This document shows, piece after piece, positions 25,567-35,782 of a stretch of DNA of 64,000 nt. A program made the translations under genes and the position numbers. The notes beneath the pieces were generated by a model. It saw nothing but the letters and a program-made list of their open reading frames with translations. It ran no database searches and was not told the origin of the DNA. The stretch lies in contig CAZHNM010000007.1 of NCBI GenBank assembly GCA_964533855.1, forward strand, positions 22,552 to 86,551, given 5' to 3'. Each line of letters begins with the position of its first letter. Within the stretch, counting starts at the first letter, position 1. The DNA is from an uncultured Brevinematales bacterium (GTDB taxonomy: Bacteria > Spirochaetota > Brevinematia > Brevinematales > JAOACQ01).

Positions 25567-27618
25567 ATGACAAGCGATAAAATGAAGAAGATAGACTGGA
25601 AGCCGATCATGCTTGATGCATTGAAAGAATCTTTCATAAGGCTCAATCCTTATCTCATGCTCAGGAATATAGTCATGTTTGTGGTGGAAATCGGAGCTTT
25701 CATAACAACAGCAATAACTATTATCAACATTGTCAATATTCAGCCATATAGTTTTAACCTAAATATCAGCCTCTGGCTGTGGTTTACAGTGATATTTTCA
25801 AACTTTGCTGAAGCCATAGCCGAGAGCAGAGGCAAAGCCCAGACTGAAGCTTTGAAAAGCTCGAGAAGCACCCTGACCGCACAGAAAATATCAGAAAAAT
25901 CCACAGTGGACAATCCGGGCGAAATGATCATGATCCCTGCTTTAAATCTGAAAAAAGGCGATTATATTCTTGTCAGCAAGGGAGAGTTGATAGCCGGGGA
26001 TGGAGAAATTGTTCAGGGGACGGCACTGGTAGACGAATCGGCTATAACTGGTGAATCCGCACCAGTTATCAGGGAATCCGGCGGAGACAGGAGCGGTATA
26101 ACGGGCGGGACACGCATTATCGAGGGTATCATCAAGATCAGGATAACCGCGAATCCCGGTGAAAGTTTCCTCGATACAATGATATCTATGGTTGAAAGCG
26201 CGAAAAGGCAGAAAACTCCTAATGAAATTGCTCTTGAAATTCTCCTGGTTGCCCTTACGGTGCTATTCATTGTTGTTGTTGCAACTTTAATTCCATACGA
26301 CAAATATACAGGGGTCTATGTCAGCATACCGGTTTTAATATCCCTTCTTGTCTGTCTTATGCCGACTACGATCGGCGCTTTGCTTCCGGCAATCGGGATT
26401 GCTGGAATGGACAGGCTGATTGAGAAAAATGTAATAGCGTTTTCCGGCCGTGCTGTTGAAGCATCGGGTGATGTCAGCATAGTTCTTCTGGATAAAACAG
26501 GAACTATAACCCTTGGTAACCGTATGGCAAAGAAATTTATTCCGGCTGACGGCGTGGCTATGGAAGATCTGGCGAAAAAAGCATTGTACTCATCTCTTGC
26601 TGATGAAACCCCCGAAGGCAGAAGCATACTCAGTCTTGCAAAAGAAACCCTCAATATCCGGGGCAGGGATATAACAGATTATGACCATTATAAGTTTATA
26701 CCTTTTACTCCCGAAAGCAGGATGAGCGGGGTCGATATGAACGGCGTCCAGGTATGGAAGGGCGCGTACGAAGCCATTGAGCATCATGTTTTGAACAGCG
26801 GTGGAAAAATATCCGACGGGATAAAATTAAGTGTTAAAAGCATATCGGAAAAAGGCGGTACTCCCCTTGTAGTTGCGGAAGGGAACAAAGTTCTGGGAGT
26901 CATACAGCTTACGGATATCCTGAAGACAGGAATTAGCGAGAGGCTTGCACACCTGAGGAAAATGGGTATTAAATCGGTTATGATTACCGGTGATAACCAG
27001 CTTACCGCCGCGGCAATAGCCGCTGAGGCAGGGATTGATGATTTTGTGGCCCAGGCAAGGCCGGAAGCCAAGCTGGAGATGATCCGCAAATACCAGGCAG
27101 ACGGATACCTTGTCGCAATGATAGGGGACGGAACCAACGATGCCCCTGCACTTGCCCAGGCTGATGTTGCAGTTGCAATGAACGCCGGGACACAGGTGGC
27201 AAGAGAGGCTTCGAATATGATAGACCTCGATTCCAACCCGACAAAGCTCCTTGATATTGTTGAAATCGGCAAGGAGATACTGATAACAAGGGGGGCAATG
27301 ACTACTTTCAGCATAGCCAATGATGTATCAAAATACTTCGCGATAGTTCCGGCAATGTTTATGGTTGCTTTTCCGGCACTCGGGTTTTTGAATATTATGA
27401 GGCTAAGCACTCCGGAATCAGCTGTCCTGGCGGCTATAATTTTTAACGCGATAATCATACCTATGCTGATTCCGCTATCACTGAGGGGTGTAAAATATAA
27501 AACTCAGTCGCCAGCATCCCTTTTGTCCAGAAATTTACTGATATATGGGCTTGGGGGTGTAATATTGCCATTTCCGGGGATTAAGATAATCGATATGATC
27601 CTGAATCTTTTTAGATAG
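25567..27618 (+). CDS. kdpB: potassium-transporting P-type ATPase subunit B
   Basis: 683 aa. P-type motifs DKTGTIT, MITGDN, GDGTNDAPAL. Confidence 0.95.
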   Translation: MTSDKMKKIDWKPIMLDALKESFIRLNPYLMLRNIVMFVVEIGAFITTAITIINIVNIQPYSFNLNISLWLWFTVIFSNFAEAIAESRGKAQTEALKSSRSTLTAQKISEKSTVDNPGEMIMIPALNLKKGDYILVSKGELIAGDGEIVQGTALVDESAITGESAPVIRESGGDRSGITGGTRIIEGIIKIRITANPGESFLDTMISMVESAKRQKTPNEIALEILLVALTVLFIVVVATLIPYDKYTGVYVSIPVLISLLVCLMPTTIGALLPAIGIAGMDRLIEKNVIAFSGRAVEASGDVSIVLLDKTGTITLGNRMAKKFIPADGVAMEDLAKKALYSSLADETPEGRSILSLAKETLNIRGRDITDYDHYKFIPFTPESRMSGVDMNGVQVWKGAYEAIEHHVLNSGGKISDGIKLSVKSISEKGGTPLVVAEGNKVLGVIQLTDILKTGISERLAHLRKMGIKSVMITGDNQLTAAAIAAEAGIDDFVAQARPEAKLEMIRKYQADGYLVAMIGDGTNDAPALAQADVAVAMNAGTQVAREASNMIDLDSNPTKLLDIVEIGKEILITRGAMTTFSIANDVSKYFAIVPAMFMVAFPALGFLNIMRLSTPESAVLAAIIFNAIIIPMLIPLSLRGVKYKTQSPASLLSRNLLIYGLGGVILPFPGIKIIDMILNLFR

Positions 27619-27627
27619 GAGTATTAT

Positions 27628-28191
27628 ATGAAATTAGTTATTCAATCTATCCTGATGCTTATAGTGTTTACAGTTTTCACAGGAATTATATACCCGATGT
27701 TCATTACCCTGGTTTCGCAGGTTGCCTTCAATGACCAGGCTAACGGCAGTCTTGTAAAAAAGGACGGTAAAATTATCGGATCAAGCCTGATAGGCCAGTC
27801 TTTTACAAACGATTCATATTTTAACGGAAGGCCTTCGGAATGTGATTATGATGCAACAAATTCCGGGGCTTACAATTATGGACCGGCCAGTTCAAACCTG
27901 ATATCGATGGTTAAAGCGAAAATAGATGATGTCAGAAAGAAAAATATCCTTGGCCCTGATTCGCCAGTTCCTTCTGATATGGTGACGGCATCAGCCAGCG
28001 GGCTCGACCCCGATATAAGCATTGAAAACGCATCGATCCAGGCTAAAAGGATCTCCTTTCTGAGGAATATCCCCCTTGCAAGAGTAATGGAGATAATCTC
28101 AAATAATTCTGAATCGAGGGTTTTCGGGTTCTGGGGTATAGATAAGGTTAATGTTCTGAAATTAAATCTTGCGCTCGATTCAATAAAATAG
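27628..28191 (+). CDS. kdpC: potassium-transporting ATPase subunit C
   Basis: 187 aa. N-terminal TM; KdpC motifs (GSSLIGQ.F, SASGLDPDIS). Confidence 0.9.
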   Translation: MKLVIQSILMLIVFTVFTGIIYPMFITLVSQVAFNDQANGSLVKKDGKIIGSSLIGQSFTNDSYFNGRPSECDYDATNSGAYNYGPASSNLISMVKAKIDDVRKKNILGPDSPVPSDMVTASASGLDPDISIENASIQAKRISFLRNIPLARVMEIISNNSESRVFGFWGIDKVNVLKLNLALDSIK

Positions 28192-28217
28192 TTGAAGACT
28201 TTCCCTTTTTCACGGTG

Positions 28218-28247
28218 CCGCGGATATTATTAAATAATATTCCGCGG
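28218..28247. promoter_or_regulatory. long AT-cored palindrome/hairpin between kdpC and the ynfA-like gene
   Basis: CCGCGGATATTATT-A-AATAATATTCCGCGG (one bulged T). No U-tract follows. Confidence 0.4.
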
Positions 28248-28274
28248 TACACCTTATTATAACGGAGGATAGCT

Positions 28275-28598
28275 TTGAAATTTATATCCTGGTTTATATT
28301 TATTGGCGCGGCATTATTAGAAGTAACTGGCGATGCAGTTATTCGCAAGGGACTTCATGGTTTAGGTTTATTTATTATCATTCTAGGATTCGTTATGTTA
28401 GGTTGTTATGGTATAGTTGTAAATATGGTTAATTGGGATTTTTCAAAAATGCTCGGAGTTTATGTCTCAATTTTCGCTCTGATCAGCATATTATTCGGCC
28501 GTTTCGTATTTAATGAAAATATACCAGCTTCAACCTGGATAGGTTTGATTGTTATAATTTGTGGTGGTTTGATCATCCAATTCGGAGGCAAATATTAG
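28275..28598 (+). CDS. YnfA/UPF0060 family small membrane protein
   Basis: 107 aa, 4 TM, TTG start with GGAGGA SD. N-terminus FIGAALLEVTGDAVIRKGL is typical of YnfA-like proteins. Confidence 0.7.
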   Translation: MKFISWFIFIGAALLEVTGDAVIRKGLHGLGLFIIILGFVMLGCYGIVVNMVNWDFSKMLGVYVSIFALISILFGRFVFNENIPASTWIGLIVIICGGLIIQFGGKY

Positions 28599-28777
28599 GT
28601 TGTATTAAGTGTGTTGGCGGCACTTGCTGTTTAACAAAGTAATCGTTGGTCATGGCATAGGAAAATAATTGATAAAACCTGTCATCCGGTAAAATATAGC
28701 GTATGATGGCGGATTTTAATTGACAACATCTGTCAGTCTTGTTAACTTTATATTGAAATGGATAAAAGGGAGAAAAT

Positions 28778-28987
28778 ATGAAATTATCGGCAAGGAACCA
28801 GTTGAAGGGCAGGATACTTGAAATCAAGCACGGCGCCATAATGTCTCAGGTTAAAATAGACATCGGCGGCGGCAATATTATAACATCCCTGATCGGCAAA
28901 GACAGTGCGGATGAACTGGGCCTAAAACCCGGCGATGAAGCAGTCGCTATCATAAAATCAACCGAGGTTATAGTAGGAAAATTATAA
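28778..28987 (+). CDS. mop: molybdenum-pterin-binding (Mop/TOBE) protein
   Basis: 69 aa. MKLSARNQLKGRILEIKHGAIMSQVKIDIGGG..ITSLIGKDSADELGLKPGDEAVAIIKSTEV is a single TOBE domain. Confidence 0.8.
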   Translation: MKLSARNQLKGRILEIKHGAIMSQVKIDIGGGNIITSLIGKDSADELGLKPGDEAVAIIKSTEVIVGKL

Positions 28988-29054
28988 CTTTTCGCTGAAG
29001 ACCTCAATCCGGAGTTTTGAAAATCATAACCTTTTATATTATCTTTTATTCAAG

Positions 29055-29069
29055 TGGCATATATGTTGC
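29055..29069 (+). promoter_or_regulatory. sigma-54 (-24/-12) promoter candidate upstream of nifA
   Basis: TGGCAT-ATATG-TTGC has exact consensus spacing (GG..GC 12 nt register). About 95-110 nt upstream of the nifA start codons. Confidence 0.6.
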
Positions 29070-29175
29070 CCATTGTGTGTTAATCGATATAATGAATAAT
29101 AAACGCCTTTTTTTTGCCTGTATTTCAAACAACGGCGAAAGTTTTGAATAATAGTTAATCATCATGGGGGTGAGA

Positions 29176-30732
29176 ATGAATTCCAGGACAAGCAAGGCGT
29201 CCCGCGAAATTCAGGAGCTTTCCCTGCTGTACAAAATCAGCCGGGATCTTAACGAAAACCTGGACCTGACCACGGTTTTAAAACCGGTCCTCAAAATGAT
29301 GTCGGAACACATGGAAATTATCAGGGGGGCTCTGACCATCCTTAACAGGAAGACAGGCGAAATTTTTATCGAGGAAGCTTACGGCATCCTTCCGGAACAG
29401 CAGGCCAGGGGTATTTACCAGCTCGGCGAAGGGGTCACGGGTAAAGTTGTTGAAACGGGACAGCCTATAGTCATACCCAGGATATCCGAAGAACCATTAT
29501 TCCTTGACCGTACCGGTTCGCGGAAAAATTTAAATAAGGAAGATATATCCTTCATTTGCGTACCTATTAAAATAGGTGCAGAGGTCATAGGCGCTCTTTC
29601 TATCGACCGCCTTTTCAGGGAAGATATTTCCCTCGACGACGATGTAAGGCTGCTGACTATAATCGCTTCCTCCATATCGCAGGCCGTCCGGCTCCGGCAG
29701 ATAGCCGAAGAGGAGCTGGAAAAGCTCCAGGCGGAAAACCAGAGGCTTAACGACGAACTTAAGGTCAGGTTCCGGCCTTCAAATATAATAGGCAATTCCA
29801 AATCGATGCGCAATATTTACCCCATGATCGAGACGGTCAGTAAAACATCTACAACCGTCCTCATCCTCGGCGAAAGCGGCGTTGGAAAGGAGCTTGTGGC
29901 CCAGGCCATCCATTATAATTCAAGCCGGGCAGAGAAGCCCTTCATAAAATTCAACTGCGCCGCGCTTCCTGAAAATCTTATCGAAAGCGAGCTTTTCGGG
30001 CATGAAAAAGGGGCTTTTACCGGTGCGACCGCCGCAAGGGAAGGGCGTTTCGAACAGGCGGACGGAGGGACCATTTTCCTTGACGAGATCGGCGAGATCT
30101 CTCCCGCCGTTCAGGCCAAGCTCCTGCGCGTCCTGCAGGAAAAGGAGTTCGAACGGGTCGGAAGCAACAAGACAATCAAGGTAAACGTCAGGATTATAGC
30201 GGCTACCAACCGCGACCTCGAGGGGCAGGTAAAGGAGATGAAATTCCGCGAGGACCTTTTTTACCGGCTCTATGTATTCCCGATTATTGTCCCTCCCCTC
30301 CGTGAACGGAGGACTGATGTACTTCTACTGGCGGACCATTTTATCGAGAAATACAGCGGGGAGCATGGAAAGGAAATAAAACGGCTTTCCACGAGAGCAT
30401 CCGACATGCTTCTGGCCTACCGCTGGCCCGGAAATGTCAGGGAACTTGAAAACTGCATAGAAAGAGCCGTAATTCTATCGGAGAACGGAGTAATCCACAG
30501 CCACAACCTTCCCCCCAGCCTTCAGAACACGCTTTCCAGCGATACTGCCGAAACGGGATCTCTCGACGAAAAGATAGCCCGTTTTGAAAAAGAGCTTATC
30601 CTGGAAGCCCTCAGGGATTCAAAGGGAAATATGACAAAGGCCGCGGAAGAGCTGTGCATCACGGAACGTATAATGGGGCTGAGGGTCGTTAAATACCGGA
30701 TAGATCCGAAACGTTTTAAAAATTCAAATTAA
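29176..30732 (+). CDS. nifA: GAF-domain sigma-54-dependent activator, NifA-like
   Basis: GAF-like N-domain; AAA+ sigma-54 interaction domain ([44 protein letters not shown]); C-terminal Fis-type HTH ([17 protein letters not shown]). Directly upstream of nifH. ATG 29176 has a GGGGGTGA SD; the alternative is ATG 29164. Confidence 0.8.
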   Translation: MNSRTSKASREIQELSLLYKISRDLNENLDLTTVLKPVLKMMSEHMEIIRGALTILNRKTGEIFIEEAYGILPEQQARGIYQLGEGVTGKVVETGQPIVIPRISEEPLFLDRTGSRKNLNKEDISFICVPIKIGAEVIGALSIDRLFREDISLDDDVRLLTIIASSISQAVRLRQIAEEELEKLQAENQRLNDELKVRFRPSNIIGNSKSMRNIYPMIETVSKTSTTVLILGESGVGKELVAQAIHYNSSRAEKPFIKFNCAALPENLIESELFGHEKGAFTGATAAREGRFEQADGGTIFLDEIGEISPAVQAKLLRVLQEKEFERVGSNKTIKVNVRIIAATNRDLEGQVKEMKFREDLFYRLYVFPIIVPPLRERRTDVLLLADHFIEKYSGEHGKEIKRLSTRASDMLLAYRWPGNVRELENCIERAVILSENGVIHSHNLPPSLQNTLSSDTAETGSLDEKIARFEKELILEALRDSKGNMTKAAEELCITERIMGLRVVKYRIDPKRFKNSN

Positions 30733-30752
30733 TTCCTACATTTATGTAGGAA
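30733..30752. promoter_or_regulatory. perfect 8-bp-arm palindrome right after the nifA stop (hairpin and/or activator site)
   Basis: TTCCTACA-TTTA-TGTAGGAA. A related CTACATGAAAGTAG box lies at 30766-30779. Confidence 0.4.
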
Positions 30753-30851
30753 TAAAGCCCTTAAACTACATGAAAGTAGCGTCATCAAGGGACCTAAAAC
30801 CTGAAAACCCGTCTTGCCCATATTTATTATCATGTCACAATTCATTCCTAA

Positions 30852-31802
<951 letters not shown>

Positions 31803-31814
31803 GAGGAAATTACA

Positions 31815-32168
31815 ATGATAATGATTAGAGCGATAGTAAGGCCCGACAAGGTAGACTTTGTTATGGAAAGTTTGATGGAAGAAGGATTTCCTGCTGTCAC
31901 CCGCATGAACGTTTCAGGACGCGGCAAGCAGCGGGGCATTAAGATCGGAGATATTACTTATGATGAAATTCCAAAAGAGCTTCTCATGATAGTTGTTCCC
32001 GACCAGGACAAGGAACTGGTTATCAAGACAGTGATACAGGCCGCCCGCACGGGAGATAAGGGTGCTTTCGGAGACGGCAAGATATTCGTGACTCCTGTGG
32101 AAGAAGTATACACTGTATCCTCCGGAATAAAGGAAAGTTCCAGCGGTACAGCGGAGGTAAAAATATGA
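31815..32168 (+). CDS. nifI1: P-II family nitrogenase regulator NifI1
   Basis: 117 aa GlnB-like protein (IRAIVRPDKVD..GRGKQRG..GDGKIFV) between nifH and nifD. Confidence 0.85.
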   Translation: MIMIRAIVRPDKVDFVMESLMEEGFPAVTRMNVSGRGKQRGIKIGDITYDEIPKELLMIVVPDQDKELVIKTVIQAARTGDKGAFGDGKIFVTPVEEVYTVSSGIKESSSGTAEVKI

Positions 32169-32545
32169 AAGAAGTGCTGGCGGTTATCCGCATGAACAAG
32201 ATCAATCAGACCAAGAAGGCCCTTTCAGACACTGGAATTTCATCCCTGAATGGAAAGGAATGTCTCGGAAGGGGAAAGGGTCTTGTTGACTTTTCAGTCC
32301 TCAGGGGCGCAGAACAGGGCTACGAAGAGGCGATCTCACAGCTCGGAAACAGCCAGAGGCTTATCCCCAAGAGATTGATATCGATAGTAGTTCCCGACGG
32401 ATTGGTCGCCAGGACTGTTGATGCCATCATAAAGAGTAATCAGACAGGCAAGGCCGGGGACGGCAAGATTTTCATAATGCCGGTCTTTGATGCGATAAGA
32501 GTCCGCACCGGGGAAAACGGAGACACAGTGCTCGACGAAGCATAA
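32165..32545 (+). CDS. nifI2: P-II family nitrogenase regulator NifI2
   Basis: 126 aa GlnB-like protein with a longer T-loop (GRGKGLVDFSVLRGAEQGYEEA..), GDGKIFIMPV. ATGA overlap with nifI1. Confidence 0.85.
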   Translation: MKEVLAVIRMNKINQTKKALSDTGISSLNGKECLGRGKGLVDFSVLRGAEQGYEEAISQLGNSQRLIPKRLISIVVPDGLVARTVDAIIKSNQTGKAGDGKIFIMPVFDAIRVRTGENGDTVLDEA

Positions 32546-32619
32546 GCGGCACTACGCCGCTAAGGGCGGCATAAGTCCTGCTAATATCGCCAAAGGCTTC
32601 TATAAGCAGGACTAAGGAG
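32542..32619 (+). promoter_or_regulatory. class A structured intercistronic element nifI2-nifD
   Basis: Starts on the nifI2 stop codon. AGCGGC-ACUAC-GCCGCU (alternative GCCGC-UAAGG-GCGGC), AUA, perfect 9-bp stem AGUCCUGCU-22 nt-AGCAGGACU, then AAGGAG. Confidence 0.55.
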
Positions 32620-32625
32620 ATATAT

Positions 32626-34260
32626 ATGTTTGAAGGAAAAATACCTGAAGCAGTCGAGGTTAAGGAAGCGATTCTGAAGAAATACCCCGCTAAATTAGCC
32701 AGGAAGCGTTCGAAACAGATACTGGTAAACAAGGTTGACGAAAACGGCGTAGTGCCTGAAATAATGGCGAACACAAGAACAACCCCCGGTATTCTTACTA
32801 TGAGGGGATGCGCTTATGCCGGATGCAAGGGCGTGGTCCTGGGCCCGACAAGGGATATCCTCCAGATAACCCATGGCCCCATCGGGTGCGGTTTCTACAG
32901 CTGGCTTACAAGGCGCAACCAGACAAGGCCTAAAACCCCCGGTGATACAAACTACATGCCTTATGCCCTGTCAACAGACATGCAGGAGGATGAAATAATC
33001 TTCGGCGGCGAAAAAAAGCTCAAGAAGGCTATAGAAGAAGCGATAGCGATTTTTCATCCGAAGGCGATAGGAATATTTTCAACATGCCCTGTGGGGCTTA
33101 TCGGTGACGATGTTCATGCAGTAGCCCGTGAAATGGAGCTGAAGTATCCGGACGTAAATATTTTCGGTTTCTCATGCGAGGGATACAAGGGAGTCAGCCA
33201 GTCGGCAGGCCACCATATTGCCAATAACAAGGTTTTTACAGACGTGGTCGGACAGCTTGAAAAGGGCAAAGAGGGAAAGTTCAGGCTCAATATTTTAGGC
33301 GAGTACAATATCGGAGGAGACGCTTTCGAGATAGAAAGAATAATGGACGCGACGGGCTTTACCCTTCATTCCACATTCAGCGGCAATTCCGAGTACGACG
33401 AATTTGCCAGCGCGCAGATGGTCGACCTGAACGTGGTAATGTGCCACCGTTCGATCAATTACCTCGCCGAAATGATGGAAACGAAATACGGCATCCCCTG
33501 GTTCAAGGTCAACTTTGTCGGGGCCGAAGCAACCGCAAAATCACTGAGGAAGATGGCAGCCTATTTCGGCGACAAGGATCTCATCGAAAGGGTCGAGAAT
33601 TTCATAGTTGAAGAAATGAAAGAAGTCGAAAAGGTCCGCCTGGAAATTGAAGGCAAGTGCAAAGGCAAGCTTGCCATGCTCTTCGTGGGAGGGTCGAGAG
33701 CCCACCACTACCAGGAATTGTTCAGGGAAATCGGCATGGAAACAATATCTGCCGGCTACGAATTCGCCCACCGCGACGATTACGAGGGCCGTAGGGTCAA
33801 GGGCAGCATAACGGTGGATGCGGATACCCGCAATATAGAAGAGATCACAGTTGAAAAGGACCCCGTGAATTATCGCGAGAGGAAAACTGCTGAAGAAAGG
33901 GCCATGCTCAAGAAGCAGGGGATTGAACTCTCAGAGTATCACGGCATGATGAGCGAAATGAAGGATAACACCCTGATTATCGACGACCTCAACCATTACG
34001 AGGCCGAGGTGCTAATAGAAAAATACAAACCGGATGTTTTCTGCGCTGGCATCAAGGAAAAATATGTGATGCAGAAAAGCGGGATACCGCTCAAGCAGCT
34101 CCACAGCTACGACTACAGCGGTCCTTATGCCGGTTTCAAGGGCGCTATGAATTTCTACAGGGAAATAGACCGGCTTGTAAATACAAAAGTTTTCAGCCTG
34201 ACGAAGGCGCCCTGGCAGGAAAGTCCTGAGCTCGCTGGCAGCTACGTCTGGAATGAATAG
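32626..34260 (+). CDS. nifD: nitrogenase MoFe protein alpha chain
   Basis: 544 aa. P-cluster/FeMoco region motifs (RGCAYAGCKGVV, HGPIGCG, STCPVGLIGDD, CHRS). Carries an extra roughly 50-aa segment near 33790-33960, typical of anaerobe-type NifD. Confidence 0.95.
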   Translation: MFEGKIPEAVEVKEAILKKYPAKLARKRSKQILVNKVDENGVVPEIMANTRTTPGILTMRGCAYAGCKGVVLGPTRDILQITHGPIGCGFYSWLTRRNQTRPKTPGDTNYMPYALSTDMQEDEIIFGGEKKLKKAIEEAIAIFHPKAIGIFSTCPVGLIGDDVHAVAREMELKYPDVNIFGFSCEGYKGVSQSAGHHIANNKVFTDVVGQLEKGKEGKFRLNILGEYNIGGDAFEIERIMDATGFTLHSTFSGNSEYDEFASAQMVDLNVVMCHRSINYLAEMMETKYGIPWFKVNFVGAEATAKSLRKMAAYFGDKDLIERVENFIVEEMKEVEKVRLEIEGKCKGKLAMLFVGGSRAHHYQELFREIGMETISAGYEFAHRDDYEGRRVKGSITVDADTRNIEEITVEKDPVNYRERKTAEERAMLKKQGIELSEYHGMMSEMKDNTLIIDDLNHYEAEVLIEKYKPDVFCAGIKEKYVMQKSGIPLKQLHSYDYSGPYAGFKGAMNFYREIDRLVNTKVFSLTKAPWQESPELAGSYVWNE

Positions 34261-34340
34261 TGCCCGTAAGCGGCACCAACCCCGCTAAAGCGGGATAAGT
34301 AGCACTATGCTCGCTACGCTTGCTAAACGCTACTAAGGAG
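34261..34340 (+). promoter_or_regulatory. class A structured intercistronic element nifD-nifK
   Basis: GUGCC-CGUAAGC-GGCAC, CCCGC-UAAA-GCGGG, AUA, AGUAGC-25 nt-GCUACU, then AAGGAG 5 nt before ATG 34346. Confidence 0.55.
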
Positions 34341-34345
34341 ATGAT

Positions 34346-35722
34346 ATGTTATTAAGACACACAACCGAGAAAATTGAAGAAAGATCGGCGCTTACAATAA
34401 ATCCGGCAAAAACATGCCAGCCAGTAGGCGCCATGTATGCGGCTCTCGGCATCCACTCATGCCTTCCGCACAGCCATGGCTCCCAGGGATGCTGCTCGTA
34501 CCACCGCAGCGCCCTGACAAGGCATTTTAAAGACCCGATTATGGCGACAACAAGTTCCTTTACAGAAGGAGCCTCTGTTTTCGGCGGGCAGGCTAATCTG
34601 CTAGAATCCATAAACAATATATTTTCGATCTACAATCCGGATGTTATTGCAGTGCATACAACATGCCTTTCCGAAGTGATCGGGGACGACCTGAAGCAGA
34701 TCATAGCCAAAGCTGTGACAGAGGGAAAAATTCCAACGGGCAAGAGGGTGATACATACTAACACCCCTAGCTTCAAGGGTTCTCATGTCACAGGTTTTTC
34801 AAACATGACAACCAGCATGGTGCAGTATTTCTCCGAGAAGGGGAAGGAAAGGAAGAAACAGGTGAATATAATACCCGGGTTCGTAGAACCGTCGGACATG
34901 GCTGAAGTGAAGCGCCTCGTGGCCGAAATGGGCGTTAAGGGAATTATGTTTCCCGACACCGCCGGCGTCACCAACAGCCCGATGACCGGGAAATTCAATA
35001 TGTTCCCCGATGGCGGAGCGCTTGTCAGCGATATCGTAAGCGCCGGTGACAGCTTTCTGACCCTCGCGCTCGGAAGGACGGCCTCCATGAGCGCAGCGAA
35101 ACTCCTCGACACAAAATGCAAGGTGCCGTGCGAAATCCTGGACCTGCCGATCGGCGTCCGCGGAACCGACGCGTTTATCAACAGCCTGAGGATGGCCGCA
35201 GGCGTCAATGTTCCGGAAAGCATAACATTCGAACGCGGCCAGGCGGTGGATGTAATAACGGACATGCACCAGTACTTTTACGGCAAAAAGGTCGGCCTCG
35301 TCGGAGACCCGGACCAGCTTGTGTCCCTTACCCAGTTCCTTACAGACCTCGATATGAAGGTGCTCTACGTTGTAACCGGGACTCCGGCCGGGCCTAAGTT
35401 CGAAAGAAAGATAAAGGAGTTTGCGGGTGAAAATACGATAGTAAAATACGGGCCCGGAGCCGATTTGTTCGCGTTCCACCAGCTCATAAAGAACGATAAG
35501 CCCGACCTTATATTCGGAAACACATATGCCAAATATATTGCAAGGGACGAGGATATCCCGATGCTGCGCATCGGTTTCCCGATATACGACAGGGTCGGGC
35601 ACCAGTATTTTCCGATTGTCGGATACCGCGGAGCGCTCCGCCTTCTCGAAAGAATGCTCAACGCCATCCTTGACAGGCAGGACCGTGATGCGCCGGAAGA
35701 AAGGTTCGAGTTAGTGATGTAG
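34346..35722 (+). CDS. nifK: nitrogenase MoFe protein beta chain
   Basis: 458 aa. NPAKTCQPVGA, HGSQGCCSY, TTCLSEVIGDD motifs. Confidence 0.95.
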   Translation: MLLRHTTEKIEERSALTINPAKTCQPVGAMYAALGIHSCLPHSHGSQGCCSYHRSALTRHFKDPIMATTSSFTEGASVFGGQANLLESINNIFSIYNPDVIAVHTTCLSEVIGDDLKQIIAKAVTEGKIPTGKRVIHTNTPSFKGSHVTGFSNMTTSMVQYFSEKGKERKKQVNIIPGFVEPSDMAEVKRLVAEMGVKGIMFPDTAGVTNSPMTGKFNMFPDGGALVSDIVSAGDSFLTLALGRTASMSAAKLLDTKCKVPCEILDLPIGVRGTDAFINSLRMAAGVNVPESITFERGQAVDVITDMHQYFYGKKVGLVGDPDQLVSLTQFLTDLDMKVLYVVTGTPAGPKFERKIKEFAGENTIVKYGPGADLFAFHQLIKNDKPDLIFGNTYAKYIARDEDIPMLRIGFPIYDRVGHQYFPIVGYRGALRLLERMLNAILDRQDRDAPEERFELVM

Positions 35723-35777
35723 GCCGACTGGCATACCCTATCGGGCACAAGTACCCTTGCGGGTACAAGCCAAGGAG
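35723..35777 (+). promoter_or_regulatory. class B structured intercistronic element nifK-nifE
   Basis: GCCGACUGGCAUACCCUAUC-GGGCACAAGUACCC-UUGC-GGGUAC..AAGGAG. Perfect hairpin GUACCC-UUGC-GGGUAC (35751-35766). Shares a roughly 33-nt block with 38452-38485. Confidence 0.55.
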
Positions 35778-35782
35778 TTCAT

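Noticed and set aside
28599-28777. Moco riboswitch or ModE operator upstream of mop (and upstream of modA)
   Set aside because: No CCGAGCC / GCCUCCC-type Moco motif cores are present. Only a single CGCTATAT-like half-site occurs (minus strand near 28700), with no properly spaced partner. A TGGCGG..TTGC sigma-54-like string at about 28618-28632 has the wrong spacing.
34799-35602. 267-aa ORF antisense to nifK. Similar long antisense or alternative-frame ORFs: 2795..3505(-), 8566..9252(-), 20460..21251(+), 26784..27458(-), 38707..39309(-), 48777..49652(+), 53101..53862(-), 40323..40853(-)
   Set aside because: Each lies entirely within a strongly supported conserved gene on the opposite strand, has low-complexity or odd composition, and has no SD. 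These are typical shadow ORFs.
35727-35745. TGGCAT in the class B lead-in (also 38457-38475) as an internal sigma-54 promoter
   Set aside because: The downstream element is TATCGG/TTCGGG rather than TTGC, and it sits in the wrong register relative to GG, so the -24/-12 spacing rule fails.
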